From the NCBI GenBank assembly GCA_051362555.1, contig CM120644.1, positions 566,954 to 630,953 of the forward strand: a stretch of 64,000 nucleotides of DNA. The letters run 5' to 3'. Position numbers and translations under genes: made by a program. The number at the start of each line of letters is the position of its first letter. Position 1 is the first letter of the stretch. A model generated the notes under the pieces. That model had not been told where the DNA came from, did no database searches, and saw nothing but the letters and a program-made list of their open reading frames with translations. This document shows positions 22,296-36,014 of the stretch, piece after piece. The DNA is from Lingula anatina (Eukaryota > Animalia > Brachiopoda).

Positions 22296-25200
22296 ATGTC
22301 TAACAGTCCGGTAAGTAGTGACATAGAAAGTAAGATAAAGCAATTGTGCATCTACCAATGAGGTGAAAACTACCCAGTACAGATAAAAACCAGCACAGAC
22401 AGCGCAGTATTTTGAACACTAGAAAGACTACGGCTATCGCAGCCGGTAAGCGGCAGGTCAAAGTCCATTAAAGAAGCGTTGTCTGGGTTCCTCTGTCTCC
22501 GCTATGACACGCCAGGGCTGTGGCCAATCAGTTGTGTGTGTTTAGTGTGCTGATAACATTGTCAGGGTGTTTGTAGTACGTGACTGGCGTCAGCAACTTG
22601 GCTAGGGGATGTATGGAAGCTTGAGTCACATGCTGTCGGCTACAGTTCACCTGTCAGGGCCGTAGCCTCAGGGGGGGCAGCTGCCCCCCCTGGAAATTGG
22701 GGTGCAAAAAAATAATCGCAAAGGTAAAAAAATAATTGCAAAGTTGGTATCAATTCTGTGAGAAAAGGCACTCATGGCCACTAGACAATCATTCAAAAAT
22801 CTGTTTACAAAGGTGTACTGTTTTTAGCCAACTCAGTTCATGCCAAAAAGCTCACCCTCTCTGAGGGAGCTATCCCCCAGGCCAATTGGCATGTTGTGTT
22901 GAAAAAATGACTGTACTTATGGCAAAATGAACCCACAATTTCTGACTTCTGATTGACCAATAAATAACAGTTAAAATGCACCAGAGCAGTATTATACATA
23001 GAGTTTTTAAAAATTTTCCACACCGTGGGAGGGGGACACTCCCTCCCACACCCTCCCCCCTCAGGGGCTTTGCCCCTTGTGTCCGCTTACTGCCCCCCCC
23101 CCTGGCATTTTGCTCAGGCTACTGCCCTGCCTGTGGAGTATCATGGTACACTTATGATTTGTTTAGACGATGTGTGGTGAAGATCAACAGTGAACTTTTC
23201 TTCCTCAGACATTCCAAGAATCTGTGAGCGTCTTGATCTATGGCAGAAATTGTCTTTATCTCTGTTTTAGACTATACGTCACTAACGTGGATAAGTTGAA
23301 ATATGAATGGCAGGTTGGGGGGGGGTGGGGGGGTGGAGACATCCCTCCCTATCTTCAGAAGCAGGCCCATAGCCAGCAGTTTCAAAAGGGAGGTTCTTTT
23401 TCTGAAAAAGTGTACCTTTTTCCATAAAAACTTTATGAACCTAGATCAAATTTTACTCAGAGTAGACCTTTTCCCACCAAAAGGGGCGGTTCTTTCGAAT
23501 CCCTGGCTCTGATAATAAATTGAAAGGAACCAGACCTTAGTTTAACCACTGTGCCCCACCAGGGCTCGATAGTAAGGGTGACCCACTGGCCCTGGGCCAC
23601 TGAAAACCAACCTAGGGCCATTGAATCACTGGGTTCACTGGCCCAAAGGGCAAGTAAAATGTCATGTGCCAAATAACCCTTGCAATATTTACCGATATCT
23701 CAGGCCAGTATTTAGAAAAGTTAGTGTCAAGCCCTGCCCACCCCATTGACCAACAAATTGTAGTAAAATTATCATTGGTCATCTGTTGTTTTATATTTTG
23801 CCAAGACAAATGTGGCATTTTTTTATCGTCCTTAACAATCATAACAAAATCCAGTAAATACGAACAGAACATATGTACATCTAAACTTGCATACAAGCTG
23901 CAATGTTTTTATAGTTTAGACAAGTTCACATCAGGTCAGCCTTAGACTTGGGTACATACTCATACTCAGGTGTAGTTAACTCTATGTACCTGTGCCAATG
24001 GCTTTTCATTCCTTAACTGAAACTTCATTCAGTGTGTGAGAACTTTATCATGATGCTGTGGCTTACTTAGACATTCAGAAGTATTTCACAATGAAAACTG
24101 CCATTTTGTGATGTGAATTAAACAACAGAACAGTGGCTCTTGGCACCCATTACTAAGATATTCACTCATAGTAAACCATAAATTGATATATGGCATATCA
24201 GTTATATATTTAAATAGATAGGTGTAGATGTCTCCACATGTTTTCTGGGAGATACAGCAGGCTGACATCATTATGTATTATAATTTTGATATTCAGCTGG
24301 ATGATTATCATAGGTTCTTTAAATTTTACTTGATCGTCTTATTTCACAAATCTCCATACATCTAGTTCTAGTAAGCCCCTGATCTTATGACTGTGAGATC
24401 ACATCAAAGTTCAAACTAATGAGTACTAGTATTCAATTGTGTTTGACCCTGTGCACAAACATATTTAGTATAAGACTCCAGTGCTATCAGTCTGATCACT
24501 ACACTTATATATCTATGGGGGGCCAAAAGGGCAAAAATTCATGTCGTCGATTCAGTTATGTTCTGTCGATTCACTGCCTTCCCATCGATAGACGAGAATA
24601 GTTACACGATCGACGAAAATAGTGACAGCATTGGTTTTAATACACCGTAGATGAGAAATGTTTGACAATTGAATTGACGAAAGTAGATGTTGAATTTATG
24701 ACAGGATCGTTGAAACTTGAAACTGAATCGATGGGAAGGCAGTGAATCGACGAAACATAACTGAATCGACGACATGAATTTTTGTTCTTTTGGCCGCCCA
24801 TAGATATCTCTGTTGATGAATGCAAGCAGTATCCAGTAACTGTTTAAAAAGTTGACTAAGACAGTAAAAAAAAAACTCAAGAAGAATATGGAAAACGAAC
24901 TTATTCCTCTATTTGCGGTTTGTAGGAATTCACCCAGGCAGCTACGGACGCCAAGAACCTGAAATCAAAACCCACTGATGCTGAGATGCTGGAGTTGTAT
25001 GGGTTGTATAAACAGGCAACTATAGGAGATGTGAACACAGGTAACACAGATTATTTCAGCTTAGAGAATGTGTGTGTGCGTGTGTGCGTGTGTGTGTGTG
25101 TGTGTGTATGAGAAGGGAGAGAGAGACCTGTAGACCTGATATAGTAGTTTTATAATATTATCAACTGTTTTCTATTGTAGGCAGACCTGGGATGTTAGAC

Positions 25201-26174
25201 TTCAGTTTTATAATACTGTCAACTGTTTTCTATTGTAGATAGACCTGGGATGTTTTATAATACTGTCAACTGTTTTCTATTGTAGACAGACCTGGGATGT
25301 TAGACTTCAGTTTTATAATACTGTCAACTGTTTTCTATTGTAGATAGACCTGGGATGTTAGACTTCAGTTTTATAATACTGTCAACTGTTTTCTATTGTA
25401 GATAGACCTGGGATGTTAGACTTCAGTTTTATAATACTGTCAACTGTTTTCTATTGTAGATAGACCTGGGATGTTAGACTTCAGTTTTATTATACTGTCA
25501 ACTGTTTTCTATTGTAGATAGACCTGGGATGTTAGACTTCAGTTTTATAATACTGTCAACTGTTTTCTATTGTAGATAGACCTGGGATGTTAGACTTCAC
25601 AGGGAAGGCAAAGTGGGATGCCTGGAACGAAAGGAAAGGTGAGGGCCTAAAAACATATAATAATGCTGAAAGAAATTAAAAGAAGGGGACATAGACCCTC
25701 AGGATTGTAGATTTAAGTATCCCAACTGCTTACTTCTTGAATATGGAACAATGCCATCAACCTGATGATTAAGAGCATTTAAGTTGGCTAGTTACAAACA
25801 ATTTTAGACAACAATAATAATTATATAAAGAAACATGTGTTTTGTTGCCTCTTGTGACAAGATTATTAAGGAAATAAAAAAGTAAACATTTTTGAACCTC
25901 ACATGAAAGAGTTAGTGTGGTGATCAAGGCCCTGTGATGAAGGGTCAGGGTTATCCTCCTCAGAAAAACAAGAACAATAAGCACATACAAACTGAGAGGT
26001 TGTTTTGAGAATTTGTTTACCTGCAGTATGAGTTTGGTGCAATTAATTCAAGATTCCAGTAATTCCTGGGTACACATTTTATTTCCTCATTCCCTAGGCT
26101 TGTCCAAGGAGGATGCAGAGAAGAACTATATAGATGTGGTCAAGAAACTGCAGGAAACATATGGCATGAAGTAA
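22296..26174 (+). CDS. DBI: Acyl-CoA-binding protein / diazepam-binding inhibitor, copy 2; join(22296..22310,24926..25040,25576..25638,26098..26174), 89 aa
   Basis: Splice gives MSNSP|[38 protein letters not shown]|[21 protein letters not shown]|[25 protein letters not shown]. Canonical splice sites; promoter and introns align with copy 1. Confidence 0.95.
22655..23129. mobile_element. MITE with CAGGG ends and 5-bp TSD (hAT5-like)
   Basis: CCTGT|CAGGGCCGTAGCCT...AGGCTACTGCCCTG|CCTGT. Confidence 0.8.
23362..23510. mobile_element. Copy of the ~168-bp MITE
   Basis: Colinear with 55442-55609; right end eroded. Confidence 0.75.
24513..24803. mobile_element. Foldback-type MITE with long TIRs and ATAT flanks (superfamily unassigned)
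   Basis: ATAT|CTATGGGGGGCCAAAAGGGCAAAAATTCATGTCGTCGATTCAGTTATG...CATAACTGAATCGACGACATGAATTTTTGTTCTTTTGGCCGCCCATAG|ATAT; inverted arms ~75 bp. Confidence 0.85.
25146..25599 (+). repeat. 58-bp tandem repeat spanning the intron 2/exon 3 junction of ACBP2 (8 acceptors)
   Basis: Same unit; acceptor AGs end at 25180, 25238, 25285, 25343, 25401, 25459, 25517, 25575. Confidence 0.95.
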
Positions 26175-29100
26175 ACGGTGAGTGACCTGTGCAGTGACCT
26201 CAGGAGTGACCTGGTGACCTCTACAGTGACCTCATTGTTGTACTGAAAACCTGTCCAGATTCATGTCAAAGGCAGAAAATTGGAAACTTTTACTCTCTTA
26301 GTCAATCCATTTTGAGAAATGGCATTGAACCTAGATCAGATTTTGATTTTGACCTTTTTTGGACCAAAAGAAGGATTTTTGTGAACCTTTAGAATCACTC
26401 CTGTCTGTTGGTCTGTTGGAAGTGACCGTTAGGTCAACTGAGGTGTTATTTCGTTTATTTAGTCTCACAGAGTCATTTGGTATGGAAGTGATAATAAGAA
26501 TATGGAAAGGTTGAATCAGAAATCCATGTTTCCCAACAGTGTAATTGTTGTTTTCATTGTGACACAAGGGTTGTGACAGAGCAGGCACAACTAACACAAT
26601 CAGCCAGTACTCGGCCACATTTAGATCAGGCTGTGTGACACAATGGTTGTGACAAAGCTGGCACAACTAACACAATCAGCCAGTACTCCAGTAGACCAGG
26701 CAGTCATTGTGATCTGCCCTGAGTGTGACTGGATGTGAATGTGTGGATCAGATTTCATTGATAGCAATAACATCAGGAACGGTAATAATCCCTCACAGAC
26801 CCTTATGGCTGACCTGGGGACCCCAATCACACCTTTAACTTATTTCCATTTTTATCTGGTGATACTGCCATGCCTGTCTTCTTATTCTTCATATTTGATG
26901 TCCAGTGTCCAGACTAAATTGGGCAGTATCCATATGAGGTCAGTAACACCTAGGAATTAAAGCTTATAAAGAGGTCTTAGTTTTAAGACAAACACATTAG
27001 TCTTCTCTACATATTCAATGCTTTACTTGTTATGAAATAAAAGAGCTTTTCATTTTATTGAACAAGCACTGATTTATCTTTGTCAAAGCTGACTAAAAAT
27101 TGGTCTTAAAATTTGGGCCAGTTTCTGTGCGGAAGACAGTTAAACTTCTCTGTTATGTCCAGGTAGCGAACACACTGACCACTTACACTATGGTAGAGAT
27201 AGGTCAGTGTTGTCTCCATATTTGATACTTTGATCTTACTGAGATGATGTAGTGACACTCAATTACTGCAGGGTTTTTTTGATGACACAATGTCTCCCTT
27301 TGAAATATTTAACCTTTCTGTCTGCCATGACTGCAGTATTCAAAGACTGGACCTTAATCACACTGTTGTAGACTTCAGTTATACTGTGGTGGTACTCAGT
27401 TACTGTGGAGATATTTTTGAGACGCACTGTCTCCCTTTAAAGACTGGCCCTCTCTGTCTTGACTGCCCTGTAGACTGCAAAGTCCACATAACACTGTCTG
27501 CAGCAAATTGCTTTGTTAGTTACAATCTTAAATCTTACCACACTTAACAGACAGCAGTGGAAGGGAGGTATTGAATTGTTATTTAATCTAAAAAAATAAT
27601 TTTAGATGTTTTGAATGGTTTTGATACTGTCAGATAAAGAAGGAAAAGTGACTCTCATATTTGGCACTCAGATGATGATGTAAGCTCTGACATTTTGTCT
27701 TTATTCCATCAACTTCTTCAACAGACTGATATTTTTCATCATTATTTAATTGAACCCAAAACTTATCAAAATCAAAATATACACGTTGTTTTAATACAGA
27801 TTTATTTATTTGTGGCTGTTTACGTTACAGTACAATATGCTATTATGGAGATATGTACATATATTAGTAGTGTCATAGTTTATCTAACTGAATACACCCC
27901 TGTAAAATGAAACGGTGGTAGCAGCATTTCAATCTCCAACAGAAATGAAAGAAAAACACAACAAACAGCAGGAGTCAATAACAGTGAGCTGCAACTTTTA
28001 TTTATCAATGAAAGAAAATTAGGGAAGGGGCATGGACAGCCATTCCCATTTATAGAAATGCATTGCACATTTGTTGAAAGCTAATTTTCGAAAAAGAAAG
28101 AAAAAAAAAAGGCGACATAAGGGCATACTTGTGTGCAAGGCATCTGAGGTCTTGGGTCTTTTCTTGTTGAAAAAAAGGAAACTGACCTTCTTAAAGTGGG
28201 TTAAGTGTCCCCTGTCCTGTCATAGCTTATGTCACTGAAAGTTGACATTATGACACCTGTAAACACACCTGTACTGTAATGTCACCATCCTGCTTGACAC
28301 CATACACCAGCAGGGGATCTGAGTCATTACATCAGACAGAGACTTGATGACACCTGTGATGTAAGACCCACCTGGCACTAGCACTGTAGAAGAATTATGC
28401 AGCTAAACACCTTAATTGATACACCTTCTAGGCTGTGGTTACAACAGAACCAACTTAAGCTAGAAAAGTGATAGATAAAGATACAGAGTAAATTATCTAC
28501 TGAATAAGCTGAAGGTAACATGTTCACAAAAGAAGCAACTTAGGTCAGAAAATGAGACTGCTAAAGAGAGGATGGAATGTCTACTAGTAAGCTTAAGATG
28601 GGTTTATGTGGTAGTTAAGTGACATTTGTAAGTCTGGTTCTTGTCGAAGTTAGTCTTCATATGAACATCTACTGGTACATGCATCTTCTGCAGCATTTAT
28701 GATTGGAAACAATCCCGTGAGATCAGAAAAAGAAAATTGTCATCTTGTCTTGTCCTGTCCTTTCACCCTGTCCACTGAGTTGTAGTGGTGTGTGACTGGC
28801 CATTGACCAGTTTGTTTGAAGTGACCGTCACCTCGTTGGACCCCAAGGTGGTATTTATGTAACATTTCTGTTTTTAAGAGACAATTTAGCCAGGAGCAAA
28901 TTGGAGGCACATTGTGTAAACAAACTTCTCTGGTGTCTGACAACATTCCTGTCATTATTCCTGCTGCCATCTTGTGATGAGTTGTTCACGGTGTGAACAG
29001 TGTATTATTTGGGTTGATGTTCCCCTTTGTTAGTTTATCTTGTTAACTCCTCTACACTGGATATAAGGAATGATAGGCGTCCATTTTCCTCCCAGTTTCT

Positions 29101-29528
29101 TATTTCTGTAGATTCTTTGAGATTTGTTGTTTCACTGTACCTTTTCTTGTGTCATGAATTGAATTACTTGGCAGTAGCTTTGACTTGAATTTTGTGGTAT
29201 TGGAGCCAGTATTTCATTTTTAATATTTAGCAATATTGACAGCAATTTGAAAACTGATTCTGATCAATCTTTTGATATTTTATTTTTTAAGATTAAAAGT
29301 CTTAATGTCAGGTTGAATTAATGAATTTATTTATTCCATCAAAACATTTTCCTTATCATTTTCCTTTCATTAAAACTGACAAGCATTTATCTGAAAGTTT
29401 GATCATTTTTGCCCATTGAAAAGATCAAATAATAACTGTAACCTAGTAACCCCCCCCCTTTTCAGTTTACCCAACCTGAGAAATGACATAGAAATTGAGC
29501 AAAATTTTTATTAGGAGCAGCGCGTAAC

Positions 29529-29696
29529 CAGGCCCGTAGCCAGCAATTTCAAAAGGGGGGTTCTTTTTCTAAAAAAGTGTACCTTTTACCATATTACCCC
29601 CATGTACCTAGGTCAAATTTTACCCAGAGGGGACCTTTTTCCAGCAAAAGTGGGGTTTCTTTCGAACCCCACGAAACCGCCCTGGCTACGGGTCTG
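29529..29696. mobile_element. Copy of the ~168-bp MITE
   Basis: CAGGCCCGTAGCCAG...CTGGCTACGGGTCTG. Confidence 0.78.
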
Positions 29697-29899
29697 CTGT
29701 TTCTGTCCTCCCCCCCCCCCCCCCATGGCCCTGCTGTCTGTGCGTTAAGTGTCCCCCAGCCGTGAGGTGTCAAGTGGTTGTAGCATGGTGACATGTTTGG
29801 TGATAATTTCACACAGGAGTGACACACTTATCACAGGAAATGTGGGAAAGGATCAGAGAGAGTGAGGCAATTACCTGATAGCTGAAAATGGCCACAGTC

Positions 29900-29901
<2 letters not shown>

Positions 29902-29937
<36 letters not shown>

Positions 29938-29938
29938 A

Positions 29939-29975
<37 letters not shown>

Positions 29976-30025
29976 ACGAGAGAGAGAGGGTTGTGTGTGA
30001 AAAAGAGAGAGAGAGAGAGAGAGAG
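29902..30025. repeat. Compound (AG)n/(TG)n microsatellite
   Basis: Read directly. Confidence 0.95.
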
Positions 30026-30086
30026 CAGTAACATAGAAATTTAGAGTTTATTGCTGTGTATTTGACGTTTTGTTGTTTACTTTCAG

Positions 30087-30180
30087 ATCTTCAGTAGACA
30101 TTCCCCAGCACACAGCCTGTCATGTGACAGTCAAGTGACCAGAAAATGATGACAATAAATGAAAGCTGCAATAAATTTGT
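30087..30180 (+). other. Putative non-coding terminal (3' UTR) exon of ACBP copy 2
   Basis: Consensus donor G|GTGAGT 3 nt after the stop (26178); acceptor TTGTTTACTTTCAG| at 30086; two AATAAA (30154, 30170) followed by T/GT-rich sequence. Confidence 0.55.
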
Positions 30181-32729
30181 ATTTGATCAAAATGTAGAAC
30201 TCTTTTAGTTTTGTATTTCTATGAATGACAGCTTGTTTTGTTGATGTAAATCTGATAGCTTAGGTAGCGTATATTTGATGTTGTGACTTGCGGTATTTTT
30301 TATTATGACGTAATAATTTTTATTTAAAAGATGATGTGATTTCAATTTTTTTGTAAAAAGGAGACGCAATTTTTTTTATTTAAAAGAAAAGCCACTATGA
30401 AGACCTCTTTCAACTGATAGTAATCAGTAATTACATTTCTCTGTTTTGAAAGAACAATTTTTAAAGATATGGTTAAGTAAAACCCAGCAATTAGTAATGA
30501 CATCTTTGTTTTGAAAGAACAATTTTTAAGATTTGATTAAGTAAAACCCACACTTTATCTTGGTACAGACTGCATATAAGAACACTAAACCTTCAAATAT
30601 GTCTGTTCTTTTGAGTAGATGATATTATATGGTAGTGTGTGATACAGCTCAGGCAGTTCTAGATAATATGAGGTTGTTAACATTTATAATACTTAATTAT
30701 AATACAGTATGTCATCATCTCTGAACTATTCTGCACATTATCATTCAGTTGAGTTGTAATAATTCAGGGTAAAGACTTATATGAGTACAGTACCTTTAAC
30801 ATTTGAGAATGACATTTAACTACTTTACATTATTCTGAAAACTATTTTGAAATTCAGTCTTTTATTAAAATAATCACCCTACTGATAAATGTACTTTGGT
30901 TTTAAACTAATCATAATTCTGTTTAATTATTCTTAGCAGTTGTTTTGTATCTGTGAATATTTGGTGTGTTTTTATACCCTGGTGTGAACACTGTGCTTTT
31001 GTCAAAATACATCAGGTACATCAGGTTTAGAAAGGGTAATACTTTTTTTTTACAACTTTGATGATCATATTTTACAATTATAACAAAACAGGAGAAGATT
31101 TTTGCTAAGAATCAAGTGCTTTAGGTTTGAAGTAGACACAGGTGCTATATAAGATATATAAACATTACATAATGAAGAAGAAAACAAGAGCAGATTACAA
31201 AGTCACTCCTCCACATCATATGATGGCTAGAACACCTCAGTTAAAAGTAACAGCCCTGGCCTCCAGCAAGCTGATACAGTGACCAATTCCTTAAGTGTGG
31301 ACTTTAAGACCTTTGTGACAAACAACAAAGGGAGGGACGGGCAAATACCGTTCATTTTAGCACCTGGGTGCGGGGTACCGGGGCCACAAAGAACTAATGT
31401 TTGCTGATCTGACTGAGCCTTGTTTGTGTAGGATTTGATGTAATAACACACAAGGAGACTATGTGATGATAGAAATTACCCGGTAATTGAGAGATTTGTG
31501 ACCGGCAATTCTACAGGTTTTTACTCTCTGTGTGATCAATTGCTCAATAAATATTGACTGTGTAATGAAATTGAAGACTCTTGTGTTCACTATTCCCCCT
31601 ACTTAAGGAGGTTTACCTCAACACTTAAGACTAGCGATAAAAGCCCCCGCATGTTTCCGTCAATTCTACCCTGGTTACTTTCCCCTGTGATGATGGAGAA
31701 TTAAGAAGAAAGTTGTTTATTCTGACAGGGAGCTGTGTCGAGTTCTTTACTTCATTTCATCTTGGTGGATAAAAACACCCTAACATTGTCGTGTGGAATG
31801 GTGGTTTCTCACCTGTCGTACAGGTAAAGTGGTGTAGAGTTTCGGGTATATTAACACAAGCCCCAGGGACGGGGGGAGATGAATGAAAAGATGCTAAAAG
31901 TTTTGGTGTGTCCGTTATACCTGCACCGTAAGAGGGTGAGAATTGAATAGCAGGTAGATTTAGTGTTTGTGTATATTAACTGCGTCCATTGACTCAAAAA
32001 ACACCCTAGGCGTCCGTTGGAGAATTATACCGTCAAATTTCAAATAAAGAAATATTTTATCATTGTTGGTCAGACCCCTGGGCGACCCTTGTGTGTGTGA
32101 ACAGGAGAATTGTTCTCCGTCACGCCCCACGGAAATTATTTTAGCAATTGTGGAATCTGTTTTATATAAGATTTAAATTCGTAAACAATTTATTTAGAAA
32201 ATAAAGCATGACGAAGTGCATGCTGCTGGCAGCCCCTAATGGAAGAATGAGTCGTATGTGGCATTTCATTGTATTACAACTTTATTTCTATGCTCAGAAA
32301 TAGAATTTTAAAATCAAGCGGAGAACGTCAGAAATGCCTGCATTTGTTCTTTTCTGAAGAAAATGTAGCAGTCAAAACTGAGAATTTCACGATTTTTATT
32401 GACTTGAAATCAAATCACATACACGCGGGTGTAAGAAATCGTAATAAATCTGATTACAATGCCTTCAATACTGCCGTCACAAGATACACTGTCTTCAGCA
32501 GTACATCCAGAGTAGAGTCGGCAAAAAAGTTGACATTTCAGAGCTGAAGCAAGATGTCGGTCAGCGTCTTGCGTTTTAGACCACACGGACGTCTCCTCGG
32601 ACAGCGTCTCCGTGTCTTGTGAGCTCAGATTTCTAGCTCTTTCTAGTTTCCACTCTGATAAATATGTTTGCTATCCACTGCTCTGGTAAAAACCATTCAC
32701 TTCAAGACTGTAAGCAATTTATTGAGAAA

Positions 32730-32731
32730 AA

Positions 32732-32772
<41 letters not shown>

Positions 32773-32795
32773 AGAGAGAGTGAGAGAGAGAGAGA
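32730..32795. repeat. (AG)n microsatellite
   Basis: Read directly. Confidence 0.95.
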
Positions 32796-34232
32796 TTTAA
32801 AACTGAGTTTAAAGCACGGCCTGGAGATCTAAATTAATGCTCCGCCTTTTCGGAGGAGTCGAAAATAATTATTTCACTGTAGTGATACTTTTGCTCTCAA
32901 ACATTTGATAGAAAGTCGGGAAAAATAATCAAATGAAAAGTTTTACTAAAAATTGCGTTTCTCTACTGTAGTACATGTACCCGCTGCACTGTTTCCTCTC
33001 TTACAATCTGTTTATTAACAAAATCAACGCCTATACGTATTTCTGAGACACATTAACAAACTTTTCTGTCCAACATGTCCACCTAAACTTAAAGAACAAC
33101 AACTTCTGCGATCATTTACTGGGATCAATGGATCCTAGGGACAATAACGCGTGCACCCCGCCCACAAGACAATTACCAGAATATCAGAAATATGCAGTTT
33201 TCTGTACTGCGCCTCGCTGAGTGGAGCGACTGCGGTACTAATTGTTACAAGTGTTTTTAAATGTCTCCACACGCCCGCTTTTAAATTTATAGAAATCTAC
33301 CGGTAAAACTTTCTACGTTCATCACTGGCGCTTACCACGAGACTAATCTTGATGACTCAAGAGTGCGTTAATGTCGCAATTTTTAATTTCAAATTGAAAG
33401 GCGTGTCGCCTCCTGTCGAGTTAGGAAGTCTGTGCTCCCGAGAAATAACTGCTTTTATTATTCTTATTGAGTTTATTTTGAACGGAAAATAAACGCAAAA
33501 GAAACAGCTGTTGTGCTGACCAAAGCTTTAGACACCCATAATTCCCCTGCCATCATTGTGCCATGGTGTCTTGTATTTAGCACAGCGTCTCTTCACTGGG
33601 ACGTGCTACAGCCAGAATTTCAAAATAATTCCAGACAAAAAACGCTTTGAATGTTATAGTACTATCACCGATATTTATAATGTAGGGGGCCGGGTACTTA
33701 GGTTCAGGTAGTCGTCCACTTTATACGGATGATGGACCTAGTGAACAAACAGCCAGAAACAGCTGGTGTTTTAGACCGTTAGCTACTTTATCCTGGTGAA
33801 CTGCTATGTATTTATCGCGGATCAAAGTATAGTGAAAACTGGTCTTTTCAAAAAAGTTAAAAACGACTTTTATTGAAGGGCGGCGTAGCATGGGTTCCCT
33901 GCCGGGGTTGAGTGCATCATGGGCAGCCCATCTCAGCCGCTGCTCACCGAACTGATTCCCAAACTTTTCAGGGGTAAAAAAATGTAAAATTACACCAAAG
34001 AGCTTTCAGCTGAGAGGATATCGACATCGACCAGGTGCTGAGCCACACGCCGATACCTTCCCTGGCGAGACCGACTCCTCGGGAGCCCCGCCCACACACT
34101 GCTGCCATCTAGCGGCAGTTGTGAAGATAAAGTGTAGATTTCCCGGCTGCAGCACGGCAGACAGAGTGTGTTCTCAGATCACTTCACGTTCCTGTAAACT
34201 ATTCTTGGTTCTAACCTTTCTCCGTCTCACAG

Positions 34233-34347
34233 CTGCGGCAGGAATTGATACATCTAGCGGCAGAAGAGAGTCACAGATATTGTAGAGGATATCATAAACG
34301 TGCTGAAGTTTTATCTCGGAAGATAAAGGAAGACTTAATTTCACGTG
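34233..34347 (+). other. Putative 5' UTR exon of the gene whose coding starts at 60169
   Basis: Branch-like CTAAC, pyrimidine tract and CAG acceptor (34232); donor G|GTGAGT at 34348; no ATG inside. Candidate upstream donor GTAAGC at 32710. Confidence 0.5.
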
Positions 34348-35946
34348 GTGAGTGTAATTAATTAATGGCGAGATAAATGCATGTTGCCATTTCGCGCGCT
34401 GGGAAGAAATTATCGGTTATTGATTAGGAATTTTGTTACATCATGTTATGTTATGCTTGTTGCTCTGGTATGTCGAAACAGGTCGTCGTTTTCAATAACA
34501 GCAAATCATGCATTATAAAGGCTCGTTTTTGGAGATGTTCTTGTCAAATTGTGAAGTTTAGCACTTGTAAAAATGCATGTATTATGTACAAAGTGACAGA
34601 ACGGGGCAGGGAGCTATAAAGCGAGCGCTAAATTTTTTACGCAGGAGTCCCTTTTTTTTCAAAGTTACCATTTTTTAATTAATTGCATTGTACATTCCAG
34701 ACTATTTCTAAACAATAAGGTAGTAATATAGATAAATAGATAAAACAGTAACTCTGGCAAAATTACGTCTTCCCAATATTAACTTTTTTAGTATTTTAAA
34801 GTTAAGATATGTAACTATAACTGCGTTATTCTAAGTTCATGTTCTTCAGCACATTAGAACAAATGGGGAGGATTTGCAATGTTGTGACTGGTGAAAATTT
34901 GGCAGATTTTAAAATAAATTATCTTAGCTGATTAAATTACTTTCTACTTAAAAGATTCTTTGCAATACTTAACTGATCCCATTGAAAATGGTGACTTTCT
35001 GTCTAAATTTTGTTTGGAAAGTGAAGCAGATAAAACCTGCAGCAAGACTACAGGAATAAAGAGAATGTTTCAGTAATAAACGAAAAAAATAATTTAATAA
35101 ATAAAGCATACAGAATCACATCTTTGTGAGAAGAAGAGCAGGATTTCTTATGACCAGTGTTAGTGTTACAAATCAAAACTTTGCAAATGTGAAAAGTTTG
35201 TGGTTTACTAGTAATGAATTCATAAGACCTATACATGTATTAACAGGCAACTTTATAATTGCTAATTATCCCATTCCATGATCTTATCAGTTTTACTGTC
35301 AGGGGAGTTATTAACAGGACAAACTCAGGCATGGATTTCAGTCAGCGGCAGGAGCAGTTTTGGAGAAGTTCTGTTCAAAACCAGTGCCAAGAGTTCCACC
35401 TAGAACTGTAGATGTAGTGATAAGGCACAAGACTTAGCAATATGATTATAATTGTAGTGATGATGTCTTGGTTATGATGAACTTACAGCAGTTTAATGAG
35501 AACTTCTTGAATTTAAATATATTTTGTTAACAGGATAAAGAGTCTTTTTGTTGGGCAAAAAGCTGGGTATAACTGAGTGCATATGGGGGTGGTGGGGGTC
35601 AAAGAGTGATAACATGTATCCAACTGCATCTAAGATAGAAGACAAGAACATATATCATAGGGTTCTATACATAGCAGGCACAGGTGAAGGAACAATCATA
35701 TAAAGATATATGAAAAGACAGAGCAATGCCTTGGTTTGCCTGAGGAATCACAGTCATGCGGTATATATATATATACCACAGAATACCTGGGTGCCTTGAT
35801 CTGTATTCGGGGGGGGGGGGGGGGGGGGGTTTGCAGGTGTCTGGTACCCTGGGGATCACAGGGAACTATTAGAGGTGATATGACACATGGGATTGTTTAC
35901 TGGTTTATCTTGGGCATTGTGCTGGTTATATCAGGGGTAACTATCA

Positions 35947-35947
<1 letters not shown>

Positions 35948-36009
<62 letters not shown>
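35948..36009. repeat. (TA)n(GA)n microsatellite
   Basis: Read directly. Confidence 0.95.

Positions 36010-36014
<5 letters not shown>

Larger units (their letters stand above)
32000..34700 (+). promoter_or_regulatory. CpG-retaining promoter-like region with GC boxes and a CTCF-type motif
   Basis: Visibly more CpG than the depleted 35-60 kb stretch; CCCCGCCC at ~33156 and 34086; GCTGCCATCTAGCGG at 34101-34115 (reverse complement CCGCTAGATGGCAGC fits the CTCF core). Confidence 0.55.
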
